DNA of 32,000 nucleotides from Longivirga aurantiaca. GTDB taxonomy: Bacteria > Actinomycetota > Actinomycetes > S36-B12 > CAIYMF01. Position 1 is the stretch's first letter. The number at the start of each line of letters is the position of its first letter. The translations under genes were made by a program, and so were the position numbers. The notes under the pieces are model-generated. The model was not told where the DNA came from. It made no database searches and worked only from the letters and a program-made list of their open reading frames with translations. The stretch is from NCBI RefSeq assembly GCF_042660085.1, contig NZ_JBHSTI010000008.1, positions 1,149,876 through 1,181,875 of the forward strand. Reading direction: 5' to 3'. This document shows, in pieces, positions 18,603 through 26,928 of this stretch.

Positions 18603-18703
18603 GCAGGCGCCGGTGTCCGAGGTGTCCACAGCTGGCGGTGAGCGGCGCGTCGTCCACGTGCGGAGGCTGAGCCCGGCCGCGTACGTCGTACCGCCCCGTC
18701 AGC

Positions 18704-19648
18704 GTGCGCGGCATGACCGGACGCACGCACGCCCTCGACCTCGTCCCCGGCCTGCGGGAGCTGGCCCGCGCCCAGCTCGGCGTCGTACGCCGCGATCAGC
18801 TGCGCGAGCTCGGCGTCGGACATCAGCATGTGCGCCGTCAGGTGCAGGCGGAGCGGTGGCGTGCGATCGGGCCGCACGCCGTGGTGCTGCAGACCGGTGC
18901 GCTGTCCCGTCGGCAACGGCTCAGCCTCGGCGCTGTGCACGCCGGTCCGGGCAGCGAGCTCGACCTGTGGTCGGCGCTGGAGCACGCCGGACTCCGCGGG
19001 TGGGAGAGGTCGGCGGTGCACGTTGCGGTGCCACGAGGCAGGCGGGTTGCGCGGCTGGACGGGGTGGTCGTGCGTCAGGTGTCAGCTCGACCGCCGGCTG
19101 CCGTGGACGGCCCCTGGCCGCCCGCCGCACCGCAAGCGAGGGCCGCGGTCGAGGCTGCGTGCCTCGAGCGCACCGACACGTCGGCCGCCGGGCTGCTCGT
19201 TGCGGTGGCGCAGCAGCGGGTCGCGACCCCCGAGGCGATGCGCCTCGAGCTCGACCGGCTCTGGCGGCCGCGACGCGCTCCGCTGTTGCGCGCTGCGCTC
19301 TACGAGGCGGGTGCCGGCTCGGAGTCCGTCGCCGAGATCGACGTCCTCCTGCTGGTGCGGCGGGCCGGGCTCCCCGAGCCTCGGCGGCAGGTGCTCGCGC
19401 TGACCCCGGATGGCGTGGAGAAGCTCGACCTCGTGGTCGACCTGCCGGACGGGCGCACCCTGGTCATCGAGGTGGACGGACCGCACCACGACGACTCGAG
19501 CCGGCGGGCAGGGGACGCGGCGCGGGACGCTGCCCTCATCGCTCTGGGCTACCTGGTCCTGCACATCCCGGTGATCGAGATCCGCACCGACCCGGCCGGC
19601 GTCGTACGGCGACTGCGCCGCATTGCGCAGGCTGCACGCGCTGGCTGA
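18704..19648 (+). CDS. DUF559 endonuclease-like domain protein with an AbiEi-like N-terminal region
   Basis: 314-aa ORF with a GTG start. The C-terminal DUF559/Vsr-like pattern is DLVVDLPDGRTLVIEVDGPHHDD...DAARDAALIALGYLVL. The N-terminus (LGVVRRDQLRELGVGHQHVRRQV) resembles the HTH of AbiEi-type proteins. Confidence 0.8.
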   Translation: MRGMTGRTHALDLVPGLRELARAQLGVVRRDQLRELGVGHQHVRRQVQAERWRAIGPHAVVLQTGALSRRQRLSLGAVHAGPGSELDLWSALEHAGLRGWERSAVHVAVPRGRRVARLDGVVVRQVSARPPAAVDGPWPPAAPQARAAVEAACLERTDTSAAGLLVAVAQQRVATPEAMRLELDRLWRPRRAPLLRAALYEAGAGSESVAEIDVLLLVRRAGLPEPRRQVLALTPDGVEKLDLVVDLPDGRTLVIEVDGPHHDDSSRRAGDAARDAALIALGYLVLHIPVIEIRTDPAGVVRRLRRIAQAARAG

Positions 19649-19752
19649 GTGGCGATTCCGTCGTGGAGCGCACGCTCGTTACCCGGGTAACGCAGGGCTT
19701 CGATAGGTGAGTCGGGATTCCGTCGTGGGGCGCACGCTCGTTACCCGGGTAA
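19641..19752 (+). repeat. Array C of the 62-bp-period interspersed repeat (2 units)
   Basis: The cores are 19641-19690 (ctggctgagtggcgattccgtcgtggagcgcacgctcgttacccgggtaa) and 19703-19752 (ataggtgagtcgggattccgtcgtggggcgcacgctcgttacccgggtaa). The TGA stop of the DUF559 gene (19646-19648) lies inside unit 1. Unit 2 ends 6 nt before the convergent apbE stop. Confidence 0.9.
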
Positions 19753-19758
19753 CGGGCG

Positions 19759-20559
19759 TCAGGTGAACGCGGGGCCGAAGAACTCGGCGCGGCCGTCCTT
19801 GACGAGGTAGACCGACCACTCGGGCAGGCCCACGAACCAGCGGTTGCAGGTGGGGCCCTCGACGAGGCACGCGGTGGCGAGGGCGTCGGCGAGGCCGGCG
19901 TCGGGGCCGACGACGGTCGCGCTGTCGTAGTGGACGCCGAAGTCGCCTGTCACGGTGTTCGCGATGTGCGAGCCACGCTCGTAGAGGCCGCTCGTCGCGA
20001 CCGCCCAGCCGTCGGGCACCGTCACCGCGCGGATCACCGACTGCGTGTCGTACGGGTTCGTGATGCCCACGGTCCACAGCTCGCCGGGCGACTGGAAGCC
20101 GCGGCAGGCGATGTCGCCGGAGGCGTTCACGCACACGTTCGGCACACCGCATACGACGAGGAGGTCGGCCACCACGCCGGCCGCCCAGCCCTTGACGTAG
20201 CCGCTCGGGTCGACGCCGCCGCGCACGGCCCACGGGTCGAACACGCCGTCAGTCAGCGCGCGGGCGCCGGCGCATGCGTCGAGCACCGTCCGCACGATCG
20301 ACGGCAGCCTGAACTCCTCGAGCAATCCGTTGCGGTACATCGTGATCGGGGTGTCGGCGCGGTACGTCGAGAACCACGCGTCGACCTGGTGCAGGTACGC
20401 CACGGCGTCGTCGACGATCGAGTCGATCCCGGTCGTCAGCACGGGCGCACGCAGGTCGAGCACCACGTGGGTGCCCCACACCGGCTCGACGTGGATCCTC
20501 TGCTCCCACGCACCGGGACCGGCGTACGAGACGAGGCCGTCCGTGCCGAGCCCGGTCAC
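19759..20559 (-). CDS. apbE: FAD:protein FMN transferase (ApbE family)
   Basis: 266 aa with ApbE-like segments (VDAWFSTYRADTPI, GVDPSGYVKGWAAG, AVATSGLYERG, DALATA). The GTG start overlaps the upstream stop (GTGA). Confidence 0.88.
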   Translation of the reverse strand: MTGLGTDGLVSYAGPGAWEQRIHVEPVWGTHVVLDLRAPVLTTGIDSIVDDAVAYLHQVDAWFSTYRADTPITMYRNGLLEEFRLPSIVRTVLDACAGARALTDGVFDPWAVRGGVDPSGYVKGWAAGVVADLLVVCGVPNVCVNASGDIACRGFQSPGELWTVGITNPYDTQSVIRAVTVPDGWAVATSGLYERGSHIANTVTGDFGVHYDSATVVGPDAGLADALATACLVEGPTCNRWFVGLPEWSVYLVKDGRAEFFGPAFT

Positions 20560-21236
20560 AGGCCCGCCTTGGCCATCGCCGACTCCAGCGACCCCATCCA
20601 GGCGTACGACGTCAGGGTCGCACCGGACACCGCGGCGATCTCGGCGGTCGTCGTGCCGATCGTCTCCGCCACGAGGGTGGGGATCGACAGGTCGGAGTAG
20701 CGCTGCGACTCGCCCGTGGGGAAGCGCACCGCGCGGGCGGCGGTGATGACGCCGTCGGTCACCGTGATCGCGACCTGCACGGTGCCGTAGCGGTGCGACG
20801 CCGCGATACCGACGTACTCCCCGTCGCCGCCGGACGGGGTCGGGGTCGGGGTGGGCGACGACGTGCGTGTCGGGGTGGGCTTGGGCGTGGGCTTCGGCGT
20901 CGCGCTGCGAGTCGGTGCGGCAGTCGCACGCGGAGCCGGGCTGCTGGGCCTCGTGGTGGTGGGCGCGGGGCTCGCGGACCGCGATGCTGAGGCGGACGGC
21001 GAGGGCGAACTGCTCGTGGGATGGTCCGCGGGGGAGGCCGAAGGGCGCGACGCCGAGGGCGTGGCGACGGGCTCCGCCTCCGGGGTCGGCGGAGCGGATG
21101 CCGAGGAGCTGGTTTCGTGGGAGGCGACAGGCGCCGCGGCTGCGGCGTCGAGGATGTCTCCGGACCCGTCGGAGTACGACAGCACGGTGGCGAGGCCGGC
21201 GACGGTCCCGACCGAGACGAGGAGAGCGCGCTTCAT
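20556..21236 (-). CDS. FMN-binding domain protein with a long Pro/Ser/Thr-rich linker
   Basis: An N-terminal hydrophobic anchor (ALLVSVGTVAGLATVL) is followed by a PST-rich linker of about 110 aa. The FMN_bind-like domain ends in the flavinylation-type motif AVSGATLTS. Confidence 0.8.
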   Translation of the reverse strand: MKRALLVSVGTVAGLATVLSYSDGSGDILDAAAAAPVASHETSSSASAPPTPEAEPVATPSASRPSASPADHPTSSSPSPSASASRSASPAPTTTRPSSPAPRATAAPTRSATPKPTPKPTPTRTSSPTPTPTPSGGDGEYVGIAASHRYGTVQVAITVTDGVITAARAVRFPTGESQRYSDLSIPTLVAETIGTTTAEIAAVSGATLTSYAWMGSLESAMAKAGL

Positions 21237-21249
21237 CGCCAGCCGCCCG

Positions 21250-22689
21250 TCACAGCGCGAACGACTCGTGGTGGAGACGGGCAGCAGGCACCCCGGCGGT
21301 GGACGCGGCCTCGAGAACGAGCGCGGCGAAACCCGCTGGGCCGCATACGAACACGTCGCACGCCCCGAGGTCAGGGACGAGGGCGACGATGTCGGACGCC
21401 GTCAGCGTGACGTCGAACCGCGTGCCGATCACGTAGCGAAGCCGGTAGCCGCGCGACCCCGCAAGCGCCTCGAGCTCGGCGCGCAGCAGGATGTCGGACG
21501 CGGATCGCGCGCGCACCACGACGTCCACGTCGGCGTCGGTCGGCAGGTCCTCGAGCATCGCGCGGACGGCGGTGACTCCCGAGCCGGCAGCGAACGCCGC
21601 GACCCGTCGGCCGTGGCGCCGCCGCGCTGTGAACACGCCGTACGGCCCCTCGGCCCACACGCGCGTCCCGGGTCGCAGCCGCGAAGCAAGCGCCGCGGAC
21701 TGGTCTCCCGATGCCGTCACGGTGATGCGCAGCGTCCGGCCGTCCGGCGAGGCCGACAGCGAGTACGGGTGCGCCTGCCACCACCAGCTGCGGGTGAGGA
21801 ACCGCCACTGGAAGAACTGCCCGCCCTCAGCATCGAGCCGGTGCAGGTCTCGTCCGGTGAGATGCACCGAGACGGCGCCCGGGCTCTCGCGGACGACGTC
21901 GGCCACCCGCAGGTCGTGCCGCAGCGAGCGCACGAGCGGCAGCGCCACGCGTGAGCCGACCACGAGCAGCGCGACGGCGACGTACAGGGCGATCCACAGC
22001 GTCTGCTGCGCCGGCCGCCCCGCGAAGAAGGTGCCGAGCTCGAGCTGGTGCCCGAACGCCAGCGCCACGGCGAGATAGAAGTAGAGGTGCGAGACCCACC
22101 ACGTCTCGTGCCTCATGCGGCTGCGGATGCGGCGGTACGACAGCGCGCCCAGCGCCACCATGAGCACGAACGCGGCGGCCGCCGGCACCATCCACGCCGA
22201 GTGGGCCACGATCGTCCACAGCTCGGCGAGAAGGCCGCTGCGCGCCTCCTGCGCGTAGCCGATCGTCGTCAGCAGGACGTGCGCACCGATGAGCATCAGG
22301 GCGTACGGCGCCACCACGCGGTGCAGCGCCACGAGCCGCTGGTGCCCCAGCTCGCGCTCGATCCACGGCACCCGAGCGACGAGCACGATGAGGGCGAGCG
22401 ACAGGTAGGTGCCGGCCAGCGCGGCGAGGCCGCCGAGGGCGATGAACGGGCCGCCGTCGAACCTCCAGGTGGGCAACGAGTCCGCGAGCGCGAGGCCGAT
22501 GACGACGACCAGGCCGACGATGGCTACGGCCAGTGCAGACCGACCGCGACGCGTGCTCGTCCCGTCGGCCGGCGAAGTCCGGCGGCTCGCCCGGGTGCCG
22601 GGCGCTGGAGGCAGCCCCGAGAGGGCCGGCACAGGTCGGACGGAGCCGACGGCACCGGCTGTGCTGAACCCCGACCGCTCGAGGGTCAT
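21250..22689 (-). CDS. Ferric-reductase-like transmembrane protein fused to FAD- and NAD(P)-binding domains
   Basis: The N-terminal half is polytopic and carries conserved His residues in TM helices. The C-terminal half has the FNR-type motifs QAHPYSLSA (FAD), AAFAAGSGVTAV (NAD(P)) and VFVCGPAGF. Confidence 0.85.
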   Translation of the reverse strand: MTLERSGFSTAGAVGSVRPVPALSGLPPAPGTRASRRTSPADGTSTRRGRSALAVAIVGLVVVIGLALADSLPTWRFDGGPFIALGGLAALAGTYLSLALIVLVARVPWIERELGHQRLVALHRVVAPYALMLIGAHVLLTTIGYAQEARSGLLAELWTIVAHSAWMVPAAAAFVLMVALGALSYRRIRSRMRHETWWVSHLYFYLAVALAFGHQLELGTFFAGRPAQQTLWIALYVAVALLVVGSRVALPLVRSLRHDLRVADVVRESPGAVSVHLTGRDLHRLDAEGGQFFQWRFLTRSWWWQAHPYSLSASPDGRTLRITVTASGDQSAALASRLRPGTRVWAEGPYGVFTARRRHGRRVAAFAAGSGVTAVRAMLEDLPTDADVDVVVRARSASDILLRAELEALAGSRGYRLRYVIGTRFDVTLTASDIVALVPDLGACDVFVCGPAGFAALVLEAASTAGVPAARLHHESFAL

Positions 22690-22976
22690 CGGCCGAGCAC
22701 CTCTGCGGCACAGGACGCCAGGCGGGCAGGCGAACGCATCGCACGCGGCTGCCTGCTCATGTCCCCTCCGCCCGCCGTCGGGTAGTCGTCCTCTCTACGG
22801 CTGTCGGAGCCCCGGTGGCGCCCCTTGAGGCTCGGGGGGCGCGGGGCCGCGGAGGTACGCCCGCGCTCACCCGTCCGGCCCTGCCGGTGCGGCGGGTGGG
22901 ATGGCCCGAACCCCGGACAGGCTCATGTGGCTCTCGGTAGTCTCCCCGCGACGCATCGTTTCGCTCGGGGATCGAG

Positions 22977-23564
22977 ATGACGACGGGGACCGGTACTGCT
23001 CAGCTGCTCTTCGGCGCTGCCCACCAGAGGTTCGGGGGAGTCATCCCGTTCCTGTCGATGTGGCTCGTCGAGGACACCGGCACGCTCTGGCGCGTGACCG
23101 ACCCGTCGTACGGCCCGGTCGACTGGGTCCCGCGGACGCCCGAGCGCGTGCTGGCCGACGCCCTCGTGCTCCTTGTGGCCCTCACCTCCACGCCTCGCGA
23201 CCCCGTCCCGGTAGCGCTGTCGGCCATGGCCCCGGCCGCGACCTGGCGGTCCGGACGCGTCGACCTCCCCACCTGGCGGCACTACGACACCGGGCACCTC
23301 GACGCCCTGGTGGCGGCCACCGAGCCCGCCGGCAAGGTCGTGCTGTCGGTGCTGCCGGAGGCGAGCATCCCCGAGGCGGCGCTGCTCCCGTTCGAGCTCC
23401 TCGACTGGGACGTCGACGTGCTCATGCCCCGCCTCAGCCGACGCCGTGCGGACCGCGACCTGCACCAGGCGCCTCCGCCCGGGATGCCCGGCCCGGCGAT
23501 CCCACAGCAGTCCCAGGAGCCACGTGCGCACCAGACGCCACAGCCGTCACGCAGGTGGACCTGA
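22977..23564 (+). CDS. Hypothetical protein
   Basis: 195-aa ORF with consistently high third-position GC. It lies divergent from the ferric-reductase operon, and I recognise no family. The C-terminal ~45 aa are low-complexity (Pro/Gln/Arg). Confidence 0.55.
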   Translation: MTTGTGTAQLLFGAAHQRFGGVIPFLSMWLVEDTGTLWRVTDPSYGPVDWVPRTPERVLADALVLLVALTSTPRDPVPVALSAMAPAATWRSGRVDLPTWRHYDTGHLDALVAATEPAGKVVLSVLPEASIPEAALLPFELLDWDVDVLMPRLSRRRADRDLHQAPPPGMPGPAIPQQSQEPRAHQTPQPSRRWT

Positions 23565-23778
23565 TCCCCCAACCTCCACTCGCACAAGCGAAGTCGCACG
23601 CCGGGTGATCCGCCGCGTGGCCTCGGCGACACCGTGTCCGCTCCTCGAACCGGGGGTTCGGGCTGTGGGCTGGGCGACGTAGGGTGGGTCCCAGATTCCG
23701 CCGAACGGGTGACCGGCACGCGCATCGACAGGCAGCGCCGGGCGTCCCCCGAGGTCGTGCAGCCAGGGAAAGAGACCG

Positions 23779-26700
23779 ATGACCGTGAGCACGTTCCGCC
23801 GCCGTGTGGTCGCGGTGGCGGCGGCAGCCGTTGTCCTGACGATCCTGCCGCAGACGCCGGCCATGGCCGTCGACGACTCCGTCGTCCTCACCGGTCTCGC
23901 CTCCGGCCAGTACATCGCCACGGGGGTCACCGCGTCGATCGGTGCCGATGCCAGCACCGGCGATCTCGCGCAGTCGGTCGACCTGTACGTCGACGGCTCG
24001 CTCGAGGAGTCCCAGGCCTGCCCGGTGCCGGACGTCACCTGCACCGTCTCGTTCACCTTCGACACAGCGACCCTGGCCGACGGCAGCCACACCGCCGAGG
24101 TGCGGCTCACCACCGACGTCGGCACCGACGTCGCCTCCGACTCGGTCTCGTTCTTCGTCGGCAACAGGCCCACGGTCGTGATCACGGCGCCCGAACCGGG
24201 CACGTACGCCGGCGTCATCGACATCGACGTCACGGGCACGACCGACGCGCAGGGCACGGACTACCCGGCGACGTTCCAGCTCCTCGTCGGAGGCAACCCG
24301 GTCGGGTCGCCGCTCGGCGCCTGTGCTGGGAACGCGAAGATCTGCGACCGGACCTTCAGCTGGGACACCTCGGCGCTGTCGGCCGGCCTGCGCTCGGTGT
24401 CGGTCGAGATGACCACCGATCAGGGCACGGTGCGCGAGAGCGCTGCGGTCGCGATCACCGTCGCCGACCCGCCGTCGGTCACGATCGAGTCGCCCACCAG
24501 CGGCACCTTCAGCGGCACGATCGTCGTCTCGGTCACCGGGAGCACCGACCCCGCGGGCAACGACTACCCGACGCAGTTCGCGCTCCTGCTGGGCGGCAGT
24601 CCGATCGCCGGCGTCACCTCGGGCCCCTGCCCGGGCAACGCCGACACCTGCACGAAGACGCTGACCTGGGACGTCTCCGCCGTGCCCGCCGGCTCCAAGA
24701 CCCTGTCGGTGCGCATGACGACGCACCAGGGCCTGCAGAGGACGAGCCCGCCCGTCACCGTCGCCGTCGCGAGCGCGCCCACGGTGTCGATCACCTCGCC
24801 CGCGCAGAACGCCGTGCTCGTGCCCGGCACCACCTCGGTCACGATCGCCGCTGCCACCGACACCGGTCTCGGCCAGGTGGCCAAGACCCTCGAGCTCTAC
24901 GTCGACGGCGGCGGCACACCGGTGGCGACCACGACCTGCACGGGCTCCGAGGTGCCCTGCAGCAAGACGGTCACATGGAACACCTCGGCGCTCGCCCTCA
25001 ACTCCACGCACACGCTCGTGGCCCGAGTCGTGGCCGGCGGCGTCACGGTCGACACCGGCGTCCGCACCGTGCGGATCGCGGCGGCTCCCGTCATCTCCGC
25101 CCTGTCGCCCACGACCGGGTCGACGAACGTGCTCCCGAGCTCGACCGACGTCGTGTCGTTCTCGGTGACCGGCGCCGGCGACTCCGGCCTCGGGAGCAGG
25201 GCCAAGACGTTCGAGCTCTTCGTGGACGGCGCGCTCACGGCGGTCGACAGCGCCACCTGCTCGCCGTCGAGCGGCAGCTGCACCGTCGGCCTCGACTGGG
25301 ACGCCAGCGCCGTCACGGGTGGCACGACCCACACCGCGCTCGTGCGCCTCACCGTGGACGGCATGCAGACCACGCGCTCGACCACGTTCACGCTCGCGGA
25401 CGCGCCGACCGTCACCGTGGTGCCGCAGCCCGGTGGAACCGTCAGCGGCGCCACGTCGATCACCGTGACGGCGCAGACCGACGCCGACACGACCGAGGAC
25501 CCGCAGTCCGTCGTGCTGACCGCGCTGCCCGGCGCCGGTCCCGCGCTGGTGTTCCCGGCCGAGCCGTGCGACTCCGCGCCGGTCGACGGCGCGTGCACGT
25601 TCACGATCCCGTGGGACGTCTCGCTCCTGTCAGGCTCGTTCACCCTCACCGCCCAGCTCACCGCCGACAGCGGTCGCACCCGCACGAGCCCCGGCGTCGT
25701 CGTCGACGTCGACAACCCCGGGCCGGTCATCACGGTGACCGCGCCGACCGCGAGCGTCGTGAAGGGCCGCGTGCTCGTCAGGGCCACGGCCCGGATCGGC
25801 ACCGCCGTCACGGGGCATGTGACCACGCTCAGGATCTTCGCCGGCGGCCAGCAGATCGGCGCGACCAAGACCTGCTCGGCCGACGTCACGCCCTGCACCT
25901 ACTCCGCCACGTGGGACACCACGCTGCTGCGCAACGCCACCGGCGTGCAGGTCTTCGCCCGGGTGACGACGTCGACGACCGGTGCCCAGACCTTCAACTC
26001 AACCGGCACGTTCGTGCGGCTGCTCAACCCCAAGCCCGTCGTCACCTGGATCTCCCCGACCAATGGCGACGTCGTGAGCGGGTCGGCAGTGGCGATCAAG
26101 GTCGGCCTGAAGACGGACCTGTCGCAGAGCGATCTCCCCAAGACCGCATCCATCTTCCGCAACGGCTCCTCGACCCCGTTCGACACGTTCACCTGCGCCG
26201 GCACGAGCCACTCGTGCATCGCCACCTTCACCTGGAACGCGAGCCGGTCGGCCGGCCTCTCGACGTTCGTCGTCAAGGTGCGCACGACCAAGGAGCGGCT
26301 CGGCGGGTCGACCACGTCGCGCAAGCTCTACGCGTCGTCCAGCGCGCGGGTCGCCTACTCGACCGTGAGCACGGTCGACAACGGCACCCGCGTGACCATC
26401 TCGGGCCGGGTCGTGGCCGTGCGCACCGGGCTGCCGCTCGCCGGGGCCAAGATCGCGCTCGTGCGCGACCCGGCGATCGGCTCGACCGTGCGCGGCACGC
26501 TCACCACCTCGAGCACGGGCCGCTTCTCGGTCACCTTCACCGCGACCTCCAACACGCGTGTCACCGCCACGACGGTCAGCCTGCGCACCCCGCTCGGCGA
26601 GATCTACGTGCCTCCGGCGTCGGCCACGGCCAGCCAGATGGTGCGCGCACCGATGGCCTGCCGCGTGGCCAACAGCGTGCTCGGACCCAACCAGTCGGGG

Positions 26701-26928
26701 CGGGGCTCCTGCTCCGTCGCCGGGCTGCCCGTGGGCACGCCGCTGATCCTGCGCTACCTGTACGGAGGCGTCTGGCGCACGCTCGCCACCGGCACGAGCT
26801 CCTCGACGACGATCCCGTTCACGTACCAGTTCCCCGCCAAGGGCTTCTACCAGCTGCGGGTGATCCTCTCGGGCAACCGGGTCTACGCCGGCACCAACAG
26901 CATCCTCATGCCCGTGACGGTGCGGTGA
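23779..26928 (+). CDS. Secreted protein with eight tandem Ig-like/beta-sandwich modules plus a C-terminal CarboxypepD_reg-like region
   Basis: The signal peptide is VAVAAAAVVLTILPQTPAMA|VDD. Eight modules of about 101-107 aa each carry a Cys pair followed by an x-W-D/N-x-S motif. The C-terminus (ISGRVVAVRTGLPLAGAKIALV...STGRFSVTF) looks like a carboxypeptidase-regulatory-like fold. There is no LPXTG motif. Confidence 0.85.
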   Translation: MTVSTFRRRVVAVAAAAVVLTILPQTPAMAVDDSVVLTGLASGQYIATGVTASIGADASTGDLAQSVDLYVDGSLEESQACPVPDVTCTVSFTFDTATLADGSHTAEVRLTTDVGTDVASDSVSFFVGNRPTVVITAPEPGTYAGVIDIDVTGTTDAQGTDYPATFQLLVGGNPVGSPLGACAGNAKICDRTFSWDTSALSAGLRSVSVEMTTDQGTVRESAAVAITVADPPSVTIESPTSGTFSGTIVVSVTGSTDPAGNDYPTQFALLLGGSPIAGVTSGPCPGNADTCTKTLTWDVSAVPAGSKTLSVRMTTHQGLQRTSPPVTVAVASAPTVSITSPAQNAVLVPGTTSVTIAAATDTGLGQVAKTLELYVDGGGTPVATTTCTGSEVPCSKTVTWNTSALALNSTHTLVARVVAGGVTVDTGVRTVRIAAAPVISALSPTTGSTNVLPSSTDVVSFSVTGAGDSGLGSRAKTFELFVDGALTAVDSATCSPSSGSCTVGLDWDASAVTGGTTHTALVRLTVDGMQTTRSTTFTLADAPTVTVVPQPGGTVSGATSITVTAQTDADTTEDPQSVVLTALPGAGPALVFPAEPCDSAPVDGACTFTIPWDVSLLSGSFTLTAQLTADSGRTRTSPGVVVDVDNPGPVITVTAPTASVVKGRVLVRATARIGTAVTGHVTTLRIFAGGQQIGATKTCSADVTPCTYSATWDTTLLRNATGVQVFARVTTSTTGAQTFNSTGTFVRLLNPKPVVTWISPTNGDVVSGSAVAIKVGLKTDLSQSDLPKTASIFRNGSSTPFDTFTCAGTSHSCIATFTWNASRSAGLSTFVVKVRTTKERLGGSTTSRKLYASSSARVAYSTVSTVDNGTRVTISGRVVAVRTGLPLAGAKIALVRDPAIGSTVRGTLTTSSTGRFSVTFTATSNTRVTATTVSLRTPLGEIYVPPASATASQMVRAPMACRVANSVLGPNQSGRGSCSVAGLPVGTPLILRYLYGGVWRTLATGTSSSTTIPFTYQFPAKGFYQLRVILSGNRVYAGTNSILMPVTVR

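Noticed and set aside
13439-19752. The repeats could be integron attC sites or MITE termini, marking a mobile element or island.
   Set aside because: The core does not fit the RYYYAAC...GTTRRRY attC ends. I saw no terminal inverted repeats with target-site duplications. No integrase or transposase gene is present anywhere in the window.
23434-25332. A 632-aa - strand ORF lies antisense to the Ig-like repeat gene, and the 5' 1098 codons of the 1296-aa + ORF (23634-27524) overlap it.
   Set aside because: Both translate to Arg/Gly/Asp-rich low-complexity sequence. Only the last 198 codons of the 1296-aa frame (the lipoprotein, from 26928) look like a real protein.
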